DNA of 41,402 nucleotides from Octopus bimaculoides (lineage: Eukaryota): contig NC_068985.1 of the NCBI RefSeq assembly GCF_001194135.2, positions 41,226,144 through 41,267,545 on the forward strand, in the 5' to 3' direction. A program made the position numbers and the translations under genes. The notes under the pieces were generated by a model. That model saw only the letters and a program-made list of their open reading frames with translations, did no database searches and had not been told where the DNA came from. Below, one piece after another: positions 10,451 through 22,131 of the stretch; within the stretch, counting starts at the first letter, position 1; each line of letters starts with the position of its first letter.

Positions 10451-10929
10451 TATGAGAGCCGGTTGGGTGGGCTGTGCTCGTACTCGTAATTCAATGATCC
10501 AGTTCTGCCCCATAGCGTGTCACACTGCTGGGGCTTGAGAATTATGTGACGCGTACATGTATCCGTGGAATACTCAGCCATGTATCTGAGCAATACTCAG
10601 CAATGGTCAGCCAGTTGATCTAAGGAGTTGGACGTTCAGGTAATCGAATTAGTGAATGTTCGTCGTCTAAACCGACGGAGTATTCAAGCATTAGACAACA
10701 GAACGCTACATTACAAACAGTATTATAAACACACCATTGCATCATATTACAACCATTTTAACACACACATATACACACATTCACACGCATGCACGCACGC
10801 ACACACATACGCACGGACACAAATACACATATACACGCTAACATAAAAAGCCATGTTTGTAGCTCAGATTTGATATTCAGTCTTAAAATTCATTTGTCAC
10901 GATTTCACAAATGCGTTTAAAGCAACGAC

Positions 10930-11400
10930 AACAGCAAACATCGTCTTTATCAAATTCATAACAACAATAGCAAGAAAACACCATCGTTATCAAATATATA
11001 AAGTAGCAGTAACAGAAACATTAACAATAACAACATCATCACCATTATCAAATAAAGATTACAACATTAGCAACAGCAACCAGCATCAACGACATCAAAT
11101 GTATAACAGGAGTAACAACAATTAGCAACCAACGACAACAGTAACAGAAGCAGTTACGACATCATCGCCAATATCGAATATCAACGTCATTATTATCGAA
11201 TATATAACAAAGAATTGACGACAGCAACTGTAACATCATCACCATTATCAAATATATATAACACTGTTAACAAACATCAACGTCATCATTATCAAATATA
11301 TCACAGGAGTAATAAACAACAACAACAACAACAACAATAACAACAGCAACAACAACTAGAGTAACAGCATTGTCGTCGTCATCATTTTGAAATATATAAC
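10930..11400. repeat. Degenerate 45-60 bp minisatellite in CAA/CAT background
   Basis: The motif CATC...ATTATCAAATATA recurs about 8 times. Confidence 0.65.
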
Positions 11401-11504
11401 AGCAATAATGGCCAACGCCACCATTACTATCACGACTACCACACCCGCTGTCGCTGGCATCACCACCACCACAATCATCATCATCGTCATCATCGTCATC
11501 GTCG

Positions 11505-11537
<33 letters not shown>

Positions 11538-11767
11538 ACAACAACAACAACTAATGAAATAATCAGCAACTGATTCAAAGGAATATGCGAATCAATATAA
11601 TTGTAACAAAAACAGCGATAGATACCAGTGATGGATGGACATCTGCATCAACAACAACAACGACAACAATAAACAAAACAACAACAATATGAACAAGAAC
11701 AACGTACTTTTATGTCTTTTCTTGCTGGGCAGGCCTTGTTCTATGATGTGAAGTGTGACGGCATTAA

Positions 11768-11768
11768 C

Positions 11769-11815
<47 letters not shown>

Positions 11816-11890
11816 CAGACAGACAGACAAATGATAGATAGATTGAATGATATAAATAGATAGAATGATTGATTGATTGAGTGAGTGAAT

Positions 11891-11925
<35 letters not shown>

Positions 11926-11990
11926 TGATTGATAGATAGATAGATAGACAGGCAGACAGATAGACAGATAGATAGATAGATAGATGGTGA
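11768..11990. repeat. (GATA)n/(GACA)n/(GATT)n compound microsatellite
   Basis: Direct reading. Confidence 0.95.
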
Positions 11991-12894
11991 GAGAGAGATT
12001 ATATTCCAATGGATTATAACAGATTATGATAGATTATCACGGTGCGCAACCCTCTCCACGTACGCAGCTAGCACATCAACGTCTAACAGCAACTCCCAAT
12101 TCTATAAAGAGCTAGACCCCCAACATAAAGGGATATAATAAATTGGTGTTTGATAGGGTGGAGATAGTGGGAGAAGGGGGAGGAACTAGGACGGTTTGCA
12201 GTAGGGGGGAAGGGGATGATGACGATGATAGTGATTATGATGGAGAGGAGAAAACAAAGGAGTANNNNNNNNNNNNNNNNNNNNNNNNNNNNNNNNNNNN
12301 NNNNNNNNNNNNNNNNNNNNNNNNNNNNNNNNNNNNNNNNNNNNNNNNNNNNNNNNNNNNNNNNNNNNNNNNNNNNNNNNNNNNNNNNNNNNNNNNNNNN
12401 NNNNNNNNNNNNNNNNNNNNNNNNNNNNNNNNNNNNNNNNNNNNNNNNNNNNNNNNNNNNNNNNNNNNNNNNNNNNNNNNNNNNNNNNNNNNNNNNNNNN
12501 NNNNTCATCGTAGTGGCGGTGGTATTGGTGGTGGTGGTGGTGGTAGTGGTGGTAGCGTTGGTGGTGCTGTAGGAGATGTTGATGGTGGTAGTGGTGGTTG
12601 TGGTGTCGGTGGAGTTTAAAGGCGGTAATGATGGCGGAAATGTTGATGTTGATGGTTATTGCAAGTCTGTTTCTTTTTCTTTTTTTTTTTGCCCCAAGTG
12701 AATCCTGATGGAACAGATCTCCAATCAAAAGCATTCCACTTTTGACCACCTCACCTTTTTTTAGGGGGCATCATAGATCACATGACTCAATGTTGCAGAA
12801 GGTAAGGTATAAAGATGTGAATGAAAATGTAGCTAACTTTTATTGTAGATGACAATTAATACAAATAGACCTGCTGTTGTTGTTGTTGTTGTTG

Positions 12895-13085
12895 CTGTTT
12901 AGCCATAAGCCAGCCCTGTTCGAGCAGTTGTACGATCAAAGATGTAACATCCGTGGCCATGTCATTTTTTTTTCCAAACATTGTCTATCTTGGACTACAT
13001 TATACAAGGTGGTGACCTGTCCTTTTTAAGTGAGCATTGGATTTGAAGGAGATTTGGTGCTATATCGAGCAGGTCAAACGAGTGC
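12895..13085 (-). mobile_element. Repeat family D copy
   Basis: (GTT)n, then GTTTAGCC...CAGCCCTG...GATCAAAG...GATTTGAAGGAGATTTGG...AGCAGGTC. Confidence 0.6.
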
Positions 13086-13089
13086 ATGG

Positions 13090-13620
13090 TGTTAACAGTG
13101 GTATTGGTGTTGTTGGCGTTGGTGGTGGTGGTGGTGGTAATGGTATTTATTAGTCACGGTGATGGTGGTAGTAATGGTATTTATTAGTTATGATGGTGGT
13201 GTTAGTGATGATAATGATGGCCTTAGTATTGATAGTGTTGGTGGTGCTAAAGGTATTATTGATGGTATAATTAATGGTGGTGGTGGTGGTGGTAATGGTG
13301 TTAGTAGTAGTATTATAAGTGGGGAGACGGGTATAATGATGGTGATGATTGTATTAGTAGTTTTGGGAGTATTGTTGAAGGTTGGTTAATTTTGGGGGGG
13401 GGGGTGACGGCAATAATGGATCGTACAGGATATAAGCGACTAGTGCAGCTGCTACTGCCGCCGCAACCGCCGATGCCATCGTTGACGCTGTTTTTGTTGC
13501 TGTTGCTGTTGCTGCTGCTGCTGCTAACGTTAACAACTAACCGACAGCGGTCGTGGCGAAGACGACGACGGTGATGATGGTGATAGTCATGATGATGATG
13601 ATGATGATGATGTATCGGAG
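13090..13620. repeat. GGT/GCT/GAT low-complexity region
   Basis: Mixed trinucleotide runs. Confidence 0.75.
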
Positions 13621-14832
13621 TGGGAGGAGAATGGTCAATGATGATGATCCATCTCTTGAACCACAAAGACTGTGCATACATACATACATGCATACATACC
13701 TGCACATATGTGTATATGTATGTATGCATGTATGTATGTATGTATGTATGTATGTATGTATGTATGTATGTACCTCTTTCTCTCTCTCTCTCTACATATA
13801 TATATATCATATATATAAATGTATATATATATATATATATATATATATNNNNNNNNNNNNNNNNNNNNNNNNNNNNNNNNNNNNNNNNNNNNNNNNNNNN
13901 NNNNNNNNNNNNNNNNNNNNNNNNNNNNNNNNNNNNNNNNNNNNNNNNNNNNNNNNNNNNNNNNNNNNNNNNNNNNNNNNNNNNNNNNNNNNNNNNNNNN
14001 NNNNNNNNNNNNNNNNNNNNNNNNNNNNNNNNNNNNNNNNNNNNNNNNNNNNNNNNNNNNNNNNNNNNNNNNNNNNNNNNNNNNNNNNNNNNNNNNNNNN
14101 NNNNNNNNNNNNNNNNNNNNNNNNNNNNNNNNNNNNNNNNNNNNNNNNNNNNNNNNNNNNNNNNNNNNNNNNNNNNNNNNNNNNNNNNNNNNNNNNNNNN
14201 NNNNNNNNNNNNNNNNNNNNNNNNNNNNNNNNNNNNNNNNNNNNNNNNNNNNNNNNNNNNNNNNNNNNNNNNNNNNNNNNNNNNNNNNNNNNNNNNNNNN
14301 NNNNNNNNNNNNNNNNNNNNNNNNNNNNNNNNNNNNNNNNNNNNNNNNNNNNNNNNNNNNNNNNNNNNNNNNNNNNNNNNNNNNNNNNNNNNNNNNNNNN
14401 NNNNNNNNNNNNNNNNNNNNNNNNNNNNNNNNNNNNNNNNNNNNNNNNNNNNNNNNNNNNNNNNNNNNNNNNNNNNNNNNNNNNNNNNNNNNNNNNNNNN
14501 NNNNNNNNNNNNNNNNNNNNNNNNNNNNNNNNNNNNNNNNNNNNNNNNNNNNNNNNNNNNNNNNNNNNNNNNNNNNNNNNNNNNNNNNNNNNNNNNNNNN
14601 NNNNNNNNNNNNNNNNNNNNNNNNNNNNNNNNNNNNNNNNNNNNNNNNNNNNNNNNNNNNNNNNNNNNNNNNNNNNNNNNNNNNNNNNNNNNNNNNNNNN
14701 NNNNNNNNNNNNNNNNNNNNNNNNNNNNNNNNNNNNNNNNNNNNNNNNNNNNNNNNNNNNNNNNNNNNNNNNNNNNNNNNNNNNNNNNNNNNNNNNNNNN
14801 NNNNNNNNNNNNNNNNNNNNNNNNNNNNNNNN

Positions 14833-14881
<49 letters not shown>

Positions 14882-15184
14882 TATATACACGCATATATAT
14901 TTGTGTATTTGTGTGTTTGTACATAAACACTACTCCACTCCACTGGACAAGTCAGACGGGGGAGGCACGATGGGTGGATGGTAGATAAGTTAGCTACCCT
15001 AAAATCATTCCACACAGCCTGAGTAATTTACCAAACGCGTTCTGTTCTACCACCATCACCCCTACTGTCCTATTGCCGGTCCGACCTCCCACATCACACC
15101 CTACAACACCAATAACCATGAATGGAAGTGGGAGTGCGGGTGGGAGAAAAAAAGGGCTAGCGGGGCGGAGCGGAGAACCTTGTG

Positions 15185-15625
15185 CTTCCTCAGTTGTTCC
15201 TGCTCCTCCTTCTCCTCTACCCCTTTTTCCTCCACCCATACTATTCCTTTTACCACCCTCCTTCTCCGCCTTCTCTCTCTTTCTCTTCCCACTCGGCTCC
15301 TCTGATCCCCCTCTTCTTCATCCTACCTTCCTCTTTCTCCTCCCACTCTCCTCTCCTCCTCGGCTCCTCCTACTTCTCCCTTTCAGCTCCTTCGTCTTCC
15401 GTCTCTCTTTCACCTCTACACCCTTCTTTTCCTCCACCCCCTCCTATCACATATCTCTCTCTCCCTCTCCCTTTCATTCCTGTGTCTTCTCCGTCACTTC
15501 TACCTCAACCTATTCCTCATCTCTACTCCCTGACCTTTTACTTTGCCCTCCCCTCGCCACATTCTCTTCTCGTTTTACTTTTCTTTCTTTTTCTTCTTCT
15601 AAACTTCTTTCCCTCTCTGTCTCGT
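15185..15625. repeat. Polypyrimidine (CT-rich) tract
   Basis: About 440 bp that are mostly C/T on the + strand. Confidence 0.9.
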
Positions 15626-16049
15626 TCACAGCGGTAACAGTGATGATGTTGGGGGTAGGTTGGATATGGGGCTGCTGCTGCTGCTGCTGATAATTATATT
15701 GACGATGATGATGATGATGGTTGTGATGAGGTGATGATAATGGTCATGATGGTGGTGGTGGTGATGATGACAATGATGATAGCCGTGGTGGTGGTGGTGG
15801 TAGCGATGATGATGATGATGATGACGATGGTGGTGGTGGTAGTGATAGTGGTTGTGGTGGTGATGACAGTAACAACGATGACAACAACATTGATGATCGA
15901 TCACACCAGCGATTATCAGCCGCTATCTGTTACATGGTATTTTATGGCCGGAACTCACCCCTCCTCACTTCCCCACGACACGCTCACTTATTACATTTTA
16001 CAAATATTACATACACACTTTTTGCTAGTTTTGTTCTCGTCGTTACTAT

Positions 16050-16170
16050 CGTTGTCAGTCCTCAGGTCATCCCTGGTCAAGCAAACTCTTTGGCCAAAAG
16101 TATTCCGACCATGATCATCACGTCATCTTGTACATCAGGGATTTTCATTGGCTAAAGCATTGTTCCTTAT
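16050..16170 (-). mobile_element. Repeat family D copy (inverted relative to the 16715-16900 copy)
   Basis: GGTCATCCCTGGTCAAGCAAACTCTTTGGCCAAAAGTATTCCGACCATGATCATC aligns to the reverse complement of 16780-16895. Confidence 0.75.
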
Positions 16171-16188
16171 TCGAGAGGCTAGGGTGCG

Positions 16189-16226
<38 letters not shown>

Positions 16227-16714
16227 TTTTGTCTTTGGTACGCAATTTCCGGCCATGCCAGTACATGGTTTTTACAAGCCATGAGCATATAAGTCTCGGA
16301 CTGGCTCGGTGACTTGCCTTCAACTCTGGCGGGTATGTAATATTGATAAGTCACAAAAAAATGGCGAAACATTGGTGTCCATCACTCCCAAATGGGATTG
16401 AAGGTGAGTTACCTCGCCTGACCATGACTCTGAGGTGCTTTAACACTCGGCACTTTGTGATTGTATATACTACACCAGGCTATTGCAACCAACGGAAAAT
16501 ACACGAAACACATTCGTTAAGTATATGTGATTAATGATATTTATTATACTAGAGCTGCTTTTAATTCACACATAAATTTTCTGATATATATTATATATGC
16601 CATGTTTTAATGCAAATATTTTCGAAGTATTCATACCATGAATCGTTGGATCTATTACGAATTATGTAATATAAAGAAAGATTCTAGACTCTGGGAAAGT
16701 AAGTAAAAACTCAG

Positions 16715-16900
16715 TCATTGTTGCAGCCACTAGAAACATCAGCTGAGTCGTCTTCAAATCACACCTAACCTTTCGAATAAGAAAGGATACTTTAACCAAT
16801 GTAGAACCTGATATACAAGATGACGAGATGATCATGGTCAGAATACTTTTGACCAAAGAGTCTGCTAGACCAAGGATGACCAGAGACCGACAACAACAAT
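16715..16900 (+). mobile_element. Repeat family D copy
   Basis: CTAGAAACATCAGC...TTCAAATCACACC...ATGATCATGGTCAGAATACTTTTGACCAAAGAGTCTGC..., ending in (CAA)n. Confidence 0.75.
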
Positions 16901-16936
16901 AACAACCACAGCAAAACTTGTAATGGCCCATGCCAG

Positions 16937-16969
<33 letters not shown>

Positions 16970-17280
16970 NNNNNNNNNNNNNNNNNNNNNNNNNNNNNNN
17001 NNNNNNNNNNNNNNNNNNNNNNNNNNNNNNNNNNNNNNNNNNNNNNNNNNNNNNNNNNNNNNNNNNNNNNNNNNNNNNNNNNNNNNNNNNNNNNNNNNNN
17101 NNNNNNNNNNNNNNNNNNNNNNNNNNNNNNNNNNNNNNNNNNNNNNNNNNNNNNNNNNNNNNNNNNNNNNNNNNNNNNNNNNNNNNNNNNNNNNNNNNTG
17201 TGTGTGTGTGTGTGTACATATATATGTGTGTGTGTATGTGTGTGTGTTTGTGTGGTGTGTGTGTGTGTGTGTGTGTGTGA

Positions 17281-17454
17281 AAGGTTTCTTCACATATTCC
17301 ATCCACCAAATTCACTCATACGGCATTGGTCGGTCCGGACTGTAGTAGAAGACACTTGCCCAAAACACGGCCCAAGGTGCTGTGTTTTGGGACTGAGCCC
17401 GAAACCACGTAGTTGCAAAGCGAGCTTCTTAATCACACAGCCATGGCCTGCGCC
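17281..17454 (-). mobile_element. SINE family A, 5' half
   Basis: Ends CACACAGCCATGGCCTGCGCC (reverse complement of the head) and contains GAAGACACTTGCCCAA. Confidence 0.85.
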
Positions 17455-17589
17455 TAAATGTTTTGCCTCGCAACATAGTAATACATTTACGACATGTCTG
17501 TATTTTTCTTTTTATTTCCATTAGAGCACAGTAAAACGTTTCTGACACGAATTGCATGGTACCAAATATCCTGCTCCCTCCATCTCGAG

Positions 17590-18347
17590 CAATGGTTCTC
17601 AACCGAGGTCCATATGACCCTTGGAGGTCTATATAAGATTTTTGGTGGTCCACACAAGTAAAATAGTAAATTGGGGATCCACAGTAGTATTTTAAGGGTC
17701 CATGAAATAATGTTACTCTGGGTTTATTTATTTCAAGAAATAGCTAGGTTTCTGTCTCTGACATTTTATATAGTTCAGCTTACACAAGTTAATGTATGAA
17801 AAGCAAAATAGGAATTTTGAAAGAAGTTTCTATAAAACTAGTCTTTGAACATCGAATGGCTATGGGGCTCTAGAAGAATAGAATTCTAATTAAAGGGGTT
17901 CATAGATTAAAAAAAAGAAAGTTGAGAAAAGGCGCAGGAGTGGCTGTGTGGTAAGTAGCTTGCTTACCAACCACATGGTTCCGGGTTCAGTCCCACTGCG
18001 TGGCAACTTGGGCAAGTGTCTTCTACTATAGCCTCAGGCTGACCAAAGCCTTGTGAGTGGATTTGGTAGACGGAAACTGAAAGAAGCCCGTCGTATATAT
18101 GTATATATATATATATGTGTGTGTATCTGTGTTTGTCCCCCAACATCGCTTGACAACCGATGGTGGTGTGTTTACGTCCCCGTAACTTAGCGGTTCGGCA
18201 AAAGAAACCGATAGAATAAGTACTAGGCTTCCAAAGAATAAGTCCTGGGGTCGATTTGCTCGACTAAAGGCGGTGCTCCAGCATGGCCGCAGTCAAATGA
18301 CTGAAACAAGTAAAAGAGTAAGGGTAAAGAGTAAAGAGTAACCCCTG
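17590..18347. mobile_element. hAT-type MITE with a SINE inserted in its right TIR
   Basis: Left TIR CAATGGTTCTCAAC; right TIR split as GTTGAGAA (17921) and ACCCCTG (18341-18347); 8-bp flanks ATCTCGAG / ATGTGGAG (6/8 match). Confidence 0.75.
17931..18340 (+). mobile_element. SINE family A, complete reference copy
   Basis: tRNA-like head (A-box-like TGGCTGTGTGG, B-box-like GGTTCAGTCCC), CORE-like TTGGGCAAGTGTC, internal (TA)n/(TG)n, LINE-like tail and tandem (TAAAGAG)n end. Confidence 0.95.
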
Positions 18348-19234
18348 ATGTGGAGTAAGGGCAATATATGTAATAGCTTAGGTTTCAAGGGCCCACAACT
18401 TTTAAACACTCTGCCAAACAACCTCAAAAATCTGCGAGGTGTAGATGTGTTTGTAATCAAAGAAAGCTTCGACAAATTTTTATGAGGTACCAGATGAACC
18501 TACATCACGTCCACCTGGCTACTTCACCTAAAACAGTCCCGTAGTGAAGACGAGGAAGTGGATATGAAATATAAACCAATAACATTAAAGCCAGTGCCCT
18601 AGCATGGCCACAACCTCTGGCTGAAACCAGTAAAAGTAAAAGTATATGAAAAAAATTTGTATGATTTCTGATGAGATACAATATGTAAACAAGCGAGGAA
18701 TGCGTAATAAGATCTCTTTCATATAATCTGTTCTGTAACAAGATTTTAGAACGATCATAGAATGTGTGATGATATTCTGCGGTGTTTTAGAGATTTTGTA
18801 ACAGGATTTGTGTTGTCAGAAGATAAGTATTTTCTGACAACATCTGTGTTACAGTAAATTCAAATGCTTACGACATACCACTTTCGTTGGTTTTATGACA
18901 TTTTACATCTTTTTTCTCCATTTCGCTTTATCTCTCACTCGAACTTTGTCATCCCCTGTCTGACCGTCTATCTGTCCATCCGTCAGTCTATGCGTTTGTA
19001 TGTACAAACAAATAGAATTAAAAAAACTAAATATCGTCATTAGCCATTTAAGAATACAAAACATACACACAACACTTCCGTTTATATATATNNNNNNNNN
19101 NNNNNNNNNNNNNNNNNNNNNNNNNNNNNNNNNNNNNNNNNNNNNNNNNNNNNNNNNNNNNNNNNNNNNNNNNNNNNNNNNNNNNNNNNNNNNNNNNNNN
19201 NNNNNNNNNNNNNNNNNNNNNNNNNNNNNNNNNN

Positions 19235-19267
<33 letters not shown>

Positions 19268-19681
19268 TATATACATTCATGTATACGTACATATATGTAT
19301 TTGCTTTTTTATGTATATATGTATGTGTGTGTGTGTGTTTGTGTGTATATACATGTATACAGACAGACGAAGGTAAGGTAAAACGTAACTGTGGCACACA
19401 CACACACACACACATACACACACACAATACAACACACATCTCATACACACACAGACACATCATAAGCATACTTTAAGAAATATTTTCATCAGCGTTAATG
19501 ATTTCTCTCTTTATTACAACAGTAATTACAAGTGATTTGATAACATTTTAGGGATAACTATCTCAAGAATGTTAGTCCCATTTAACTATATATACTTTGT
19601 GCAGAAGATATCCCAGAGAAATTTTCCCATATCTATATTGTTTTTCTTATTTTTTTTCCCTGTCTCTGATCTAACTAACAG

Positions 19682-19817
19682 GCGTCAGTCACTATACGAG
19701 GTTACAAACAAGGCAGACAGACAGATAAACAGATCCGACAGATTGCCATTCAACCAGATGGTCAGATAATAGAGACCCCAAACACGGACAGCGTCATAAA
19801 TATCCTTTATCTCTCAG
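19682..19817 (+). other. weak candidate exon
   Basis: Pyrimidine tract, CTAAC and CAG upstream; open frame ASVTIRGYKQGRQTDKQIRQIAIQPDGQIIETPNTDSVINILYLS; CAG|GTCAGA possible donor. No recognisable homology. Confidence 0.2.
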
Positions 19818-20344
19818 GTCAGACTTATTGATTAGTTTCTAGATTCTCAGTGATCAGTGACTGTGAAAACGTTAGAACTGTCGTCACGAAACATTGAGTG
19901 ACTATTATCCATAAAAAGTAGCCAATGGCCGATAGCTAATAGCCAGTAGGCAGTAGCCAGTAGCTACTAGCCAGTGTTTTTGTCCTATTTTGTTTCGTCT
20001 CTTCCTCTGAGCTACTGGCTGAACGATTCCCCTCGCCAGGCCATCTTGGACACATGCATTCTCTCTTATCTCTTTGACATCTCTATCATCTGTCCAGCAT
20101 TTATTTAATCAGCGATTGTCGCCGACGGAGAAACCTTCGGATGTATGTATGTATGTATGTATGTATGTATGTATGTATGTATGTATGTATGTATGTATGT
20201 ATGCATGCATGTATGTATGTGTGAATGAGTGCAAATACACACACATATATGTGCAGGTTACTCTGTGATGTTTAATCGGTGGAGTGACGAGGGCAGTGTA
20301 ATCTATTTGAGTGTAAACTTACATATATCATATAAACAAGGACA

Positions 20345-20510
20345 TCGAAAGCATTGCCATGAGATTTAGATGTTCTCGTTGCAATAATCAAATACCGGGT
20401 TCAATCCCACTGCGTACCATCTTGGTACCATCATGTCTTTTACAACTGTTTCAGATCAACTGATACCTTATGGCTGAAATTGGGTGGTCTGAAGCGTGTG
20501 ATAGTCCGTC
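20345..20510 (+). mobile_element. Old SINE family A head/core
   Basis: CGGGTTCAATCCCACTGCGTACCATCTTGG...TGTCTTTTAC...ATACCTTATGGCTGAAATTGG. Confidence 0.5.
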
Positions 20511-20611
20511 AACTGGGCTGTATTTATGATTCAAAGGCATATCCTTGTCGGACACCCAGTCACGCTGATCCTCTTTGACAATTACGTTAAGGATGCACGT
20601 CTCTCTATGAA

Positions 20612-20790
20612 GGCACGTGGCCTAGCAGTTAGCGTGTTGCATTCACAACCGTAGAATCCTACTTTCGATTCCGGGACCGAGAGATGCGTTGTGTTCTTGG
20701 GCAAAATGTTTCACTCATATTTAAATGAGCTCCAGCAGTAGCTGGAAGGTTGACTCTGTGACGGACTGGTGTTCTTTTCAGACACATCTA
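20612..20790 (+). mobile_element. tRNA-derived SINE family C
   Basis: GGCACGTGGCCTAGCAGTTAG (A-box-like), TTCGATTCC (B-box-like), then GTGTTCTTGGGCAAAA. Confidence 0.6.
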
Positions 20791-20912
20791 CATATAGAAC
20801 ACTCAGTTACCTACATGCTAAATCAATGAGTCAGTAGTTCCGTTGATTAACACAGCTGAAATAATCATTGTCGCGCATATGGTGTCCGTGTTTAATTTCC
20901 TATAACATAAAT

Positions 20913-21076
20913 AGACGCTAGCGTAGCTGAATGGTAAGACGTCTGCTTCCTGACCACATGGTTTCGGTTTGAAGCCCAATACGTGGCACCTTGAGTAAAT
21001 ATCTTCTATTATATCCTCGGGACGACCAAAGTCTTGTGAGTGGATTTGGTCGACGGAAACTGAAAGAAGCCCGTCG

Positions 21077-21141
<65 letters not shown>

Positions 21142-21445
21142 GTATATATGTATGTACACATATATATATATATATACATGACGAGCTTCTTTCAGTTTCT
21201 GTATGTGTGCGCGCGTGCGAGCGTGTGTGTGTTTGTGTGTGTGTGTCTATGTTGTCTCCCTCCCTCCACCAGTGCTAGTGTATTTATGTTCTCGTACCTT
21301 AGCGGTTCGGCAAACGACACCGATAGAATAAGTACTCGGCTATAAAAATAAAAAGAAGTCGACTCATTTCACTAAAATTTCTTCAAGGCGATGCTCCAGC
21401 ATGGCCGCAGTCAAATGTCTGAAACAAGTAAAAGATAAAAGATAA
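20913..21445 (+). mobile_element. SINE family A, full length with internal foldback
   Basis: Head, core, long (TA)n, inverted 22-bp copy at 21178-21199, then the 3' half and (TAAAAGA)n tail. Confidence 0.9.
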
Positions 21446-21817
21446 ACGTATTCCCCTCAACCCTGGGTCGCGGATGCACATTTCTTATAATGATACAGGT
21501 AACTTTAACACCTGGTAGTACATTACATTAGACAGTACTTCTAATTATGTATATATGTATGTATGTATGTATGTACGGATGAATGGATGGATGGATGGAT
21601 GGTGGCATGCATGCATACGCATTCAATGCACACACGCCCGCCAAGCCATGCACGTTTTAACTCCCTTGTAGATGTGTAAGGGATCTGCCGTGAGGTACCG
21701 TGTATCTAGGGCATTTCTTTAGGTCTAGAAGAGTCCATGCCTCTCCAGATTTGACCACCCTTGATTTCTTCCAGAAAAGAGAAGAAAAGACAGAAAATAG
21801 AGAAAGAAAAGAATCGA

Positions 21818-21960
21818 TCCCAGTGCAGAACTGGTACCTTATCTATCGACCCTGAAAGGATGAAACCTTGGCGGGATTTGAACTCAGAGCACAAACATCC
21901 GGGGTGGTTACTGCAAAGAAATGTTTGTGACGCTCTGATGCCACTGCCAACTGGTCACGC
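21818..21960 (-). mobile_element. SINE family B, diverged
   Basis: CTGGTACCTTATCTATCGACCCTGAAAGGATGAAA...GGGATTTGAACTCAG. Confidence 0.7.
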
Positions 21961-22131
21961 ACGCACGCACGCACGCACACGCACACGCACACACACATAC
22001 ACACACACACACACACACGCATTAAAGGCAAGTACTGCCATTATATACTTTGAGGCATCACGAATACATGGCGAACGATGTCTCCCAGGAAGAAAAAATA
22101 GAATCATTACAGAAGTAAATAAATTCGGTAG

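Larger units (their letters stand above)
17520..18644 (+). mobile_element. CR1-group LINE 3' end, interrupted (17520-17589 plus 18356-18644)
   Basis: Removing the insert gives CMVPNILLPPSRVRAI-(frameshift)-CNSLGFKGPQLLNTLPNNLKNLRGVDVFVIKESFDKFL..VPDEP, typical of a CR1/L2-type ORF2 C-terminus. Tail GTGCCCTAGCATGGCCACA...GCTGAAACCAGTAAAAGTAAAAG. Confidence 0.75.

Noticed and set aside
13313-13620. Minus-frame peptide SSSSSNSNSNK...RLYPVRSIIAVTPPPKINQP
   Set aside because: Low complexity, no splice or homology support.
6828-14990. ORFs of 170-525 aa made of X and YI/HT repeats (the same applies at 25173-26365, 31628-34216 and 38215-39976)
   Set aside because: Produced by reading through N gaps and (TA)n/(CA)n microsatellites.
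14989-15690. ORF 15073-15690 (205 aa, P/S/L/F-rich)
   Set aside because: Mostly explained by the polypyrimidine tract, which cannot contain stop codons.
17931-18005. SINE heads as tRNA genes
   Set aside because: A/B-box-like motifs are present, but there is no complete cloverleaf and they continue into SINE bodies.
18811-18842. Perfect 11-bp hairpin TGTTGTCAGAA/TTCTGACAACA
   Set aside because: Short, isolated and AT-rich; not long enough for a pre-miRNA and plausible by chance.
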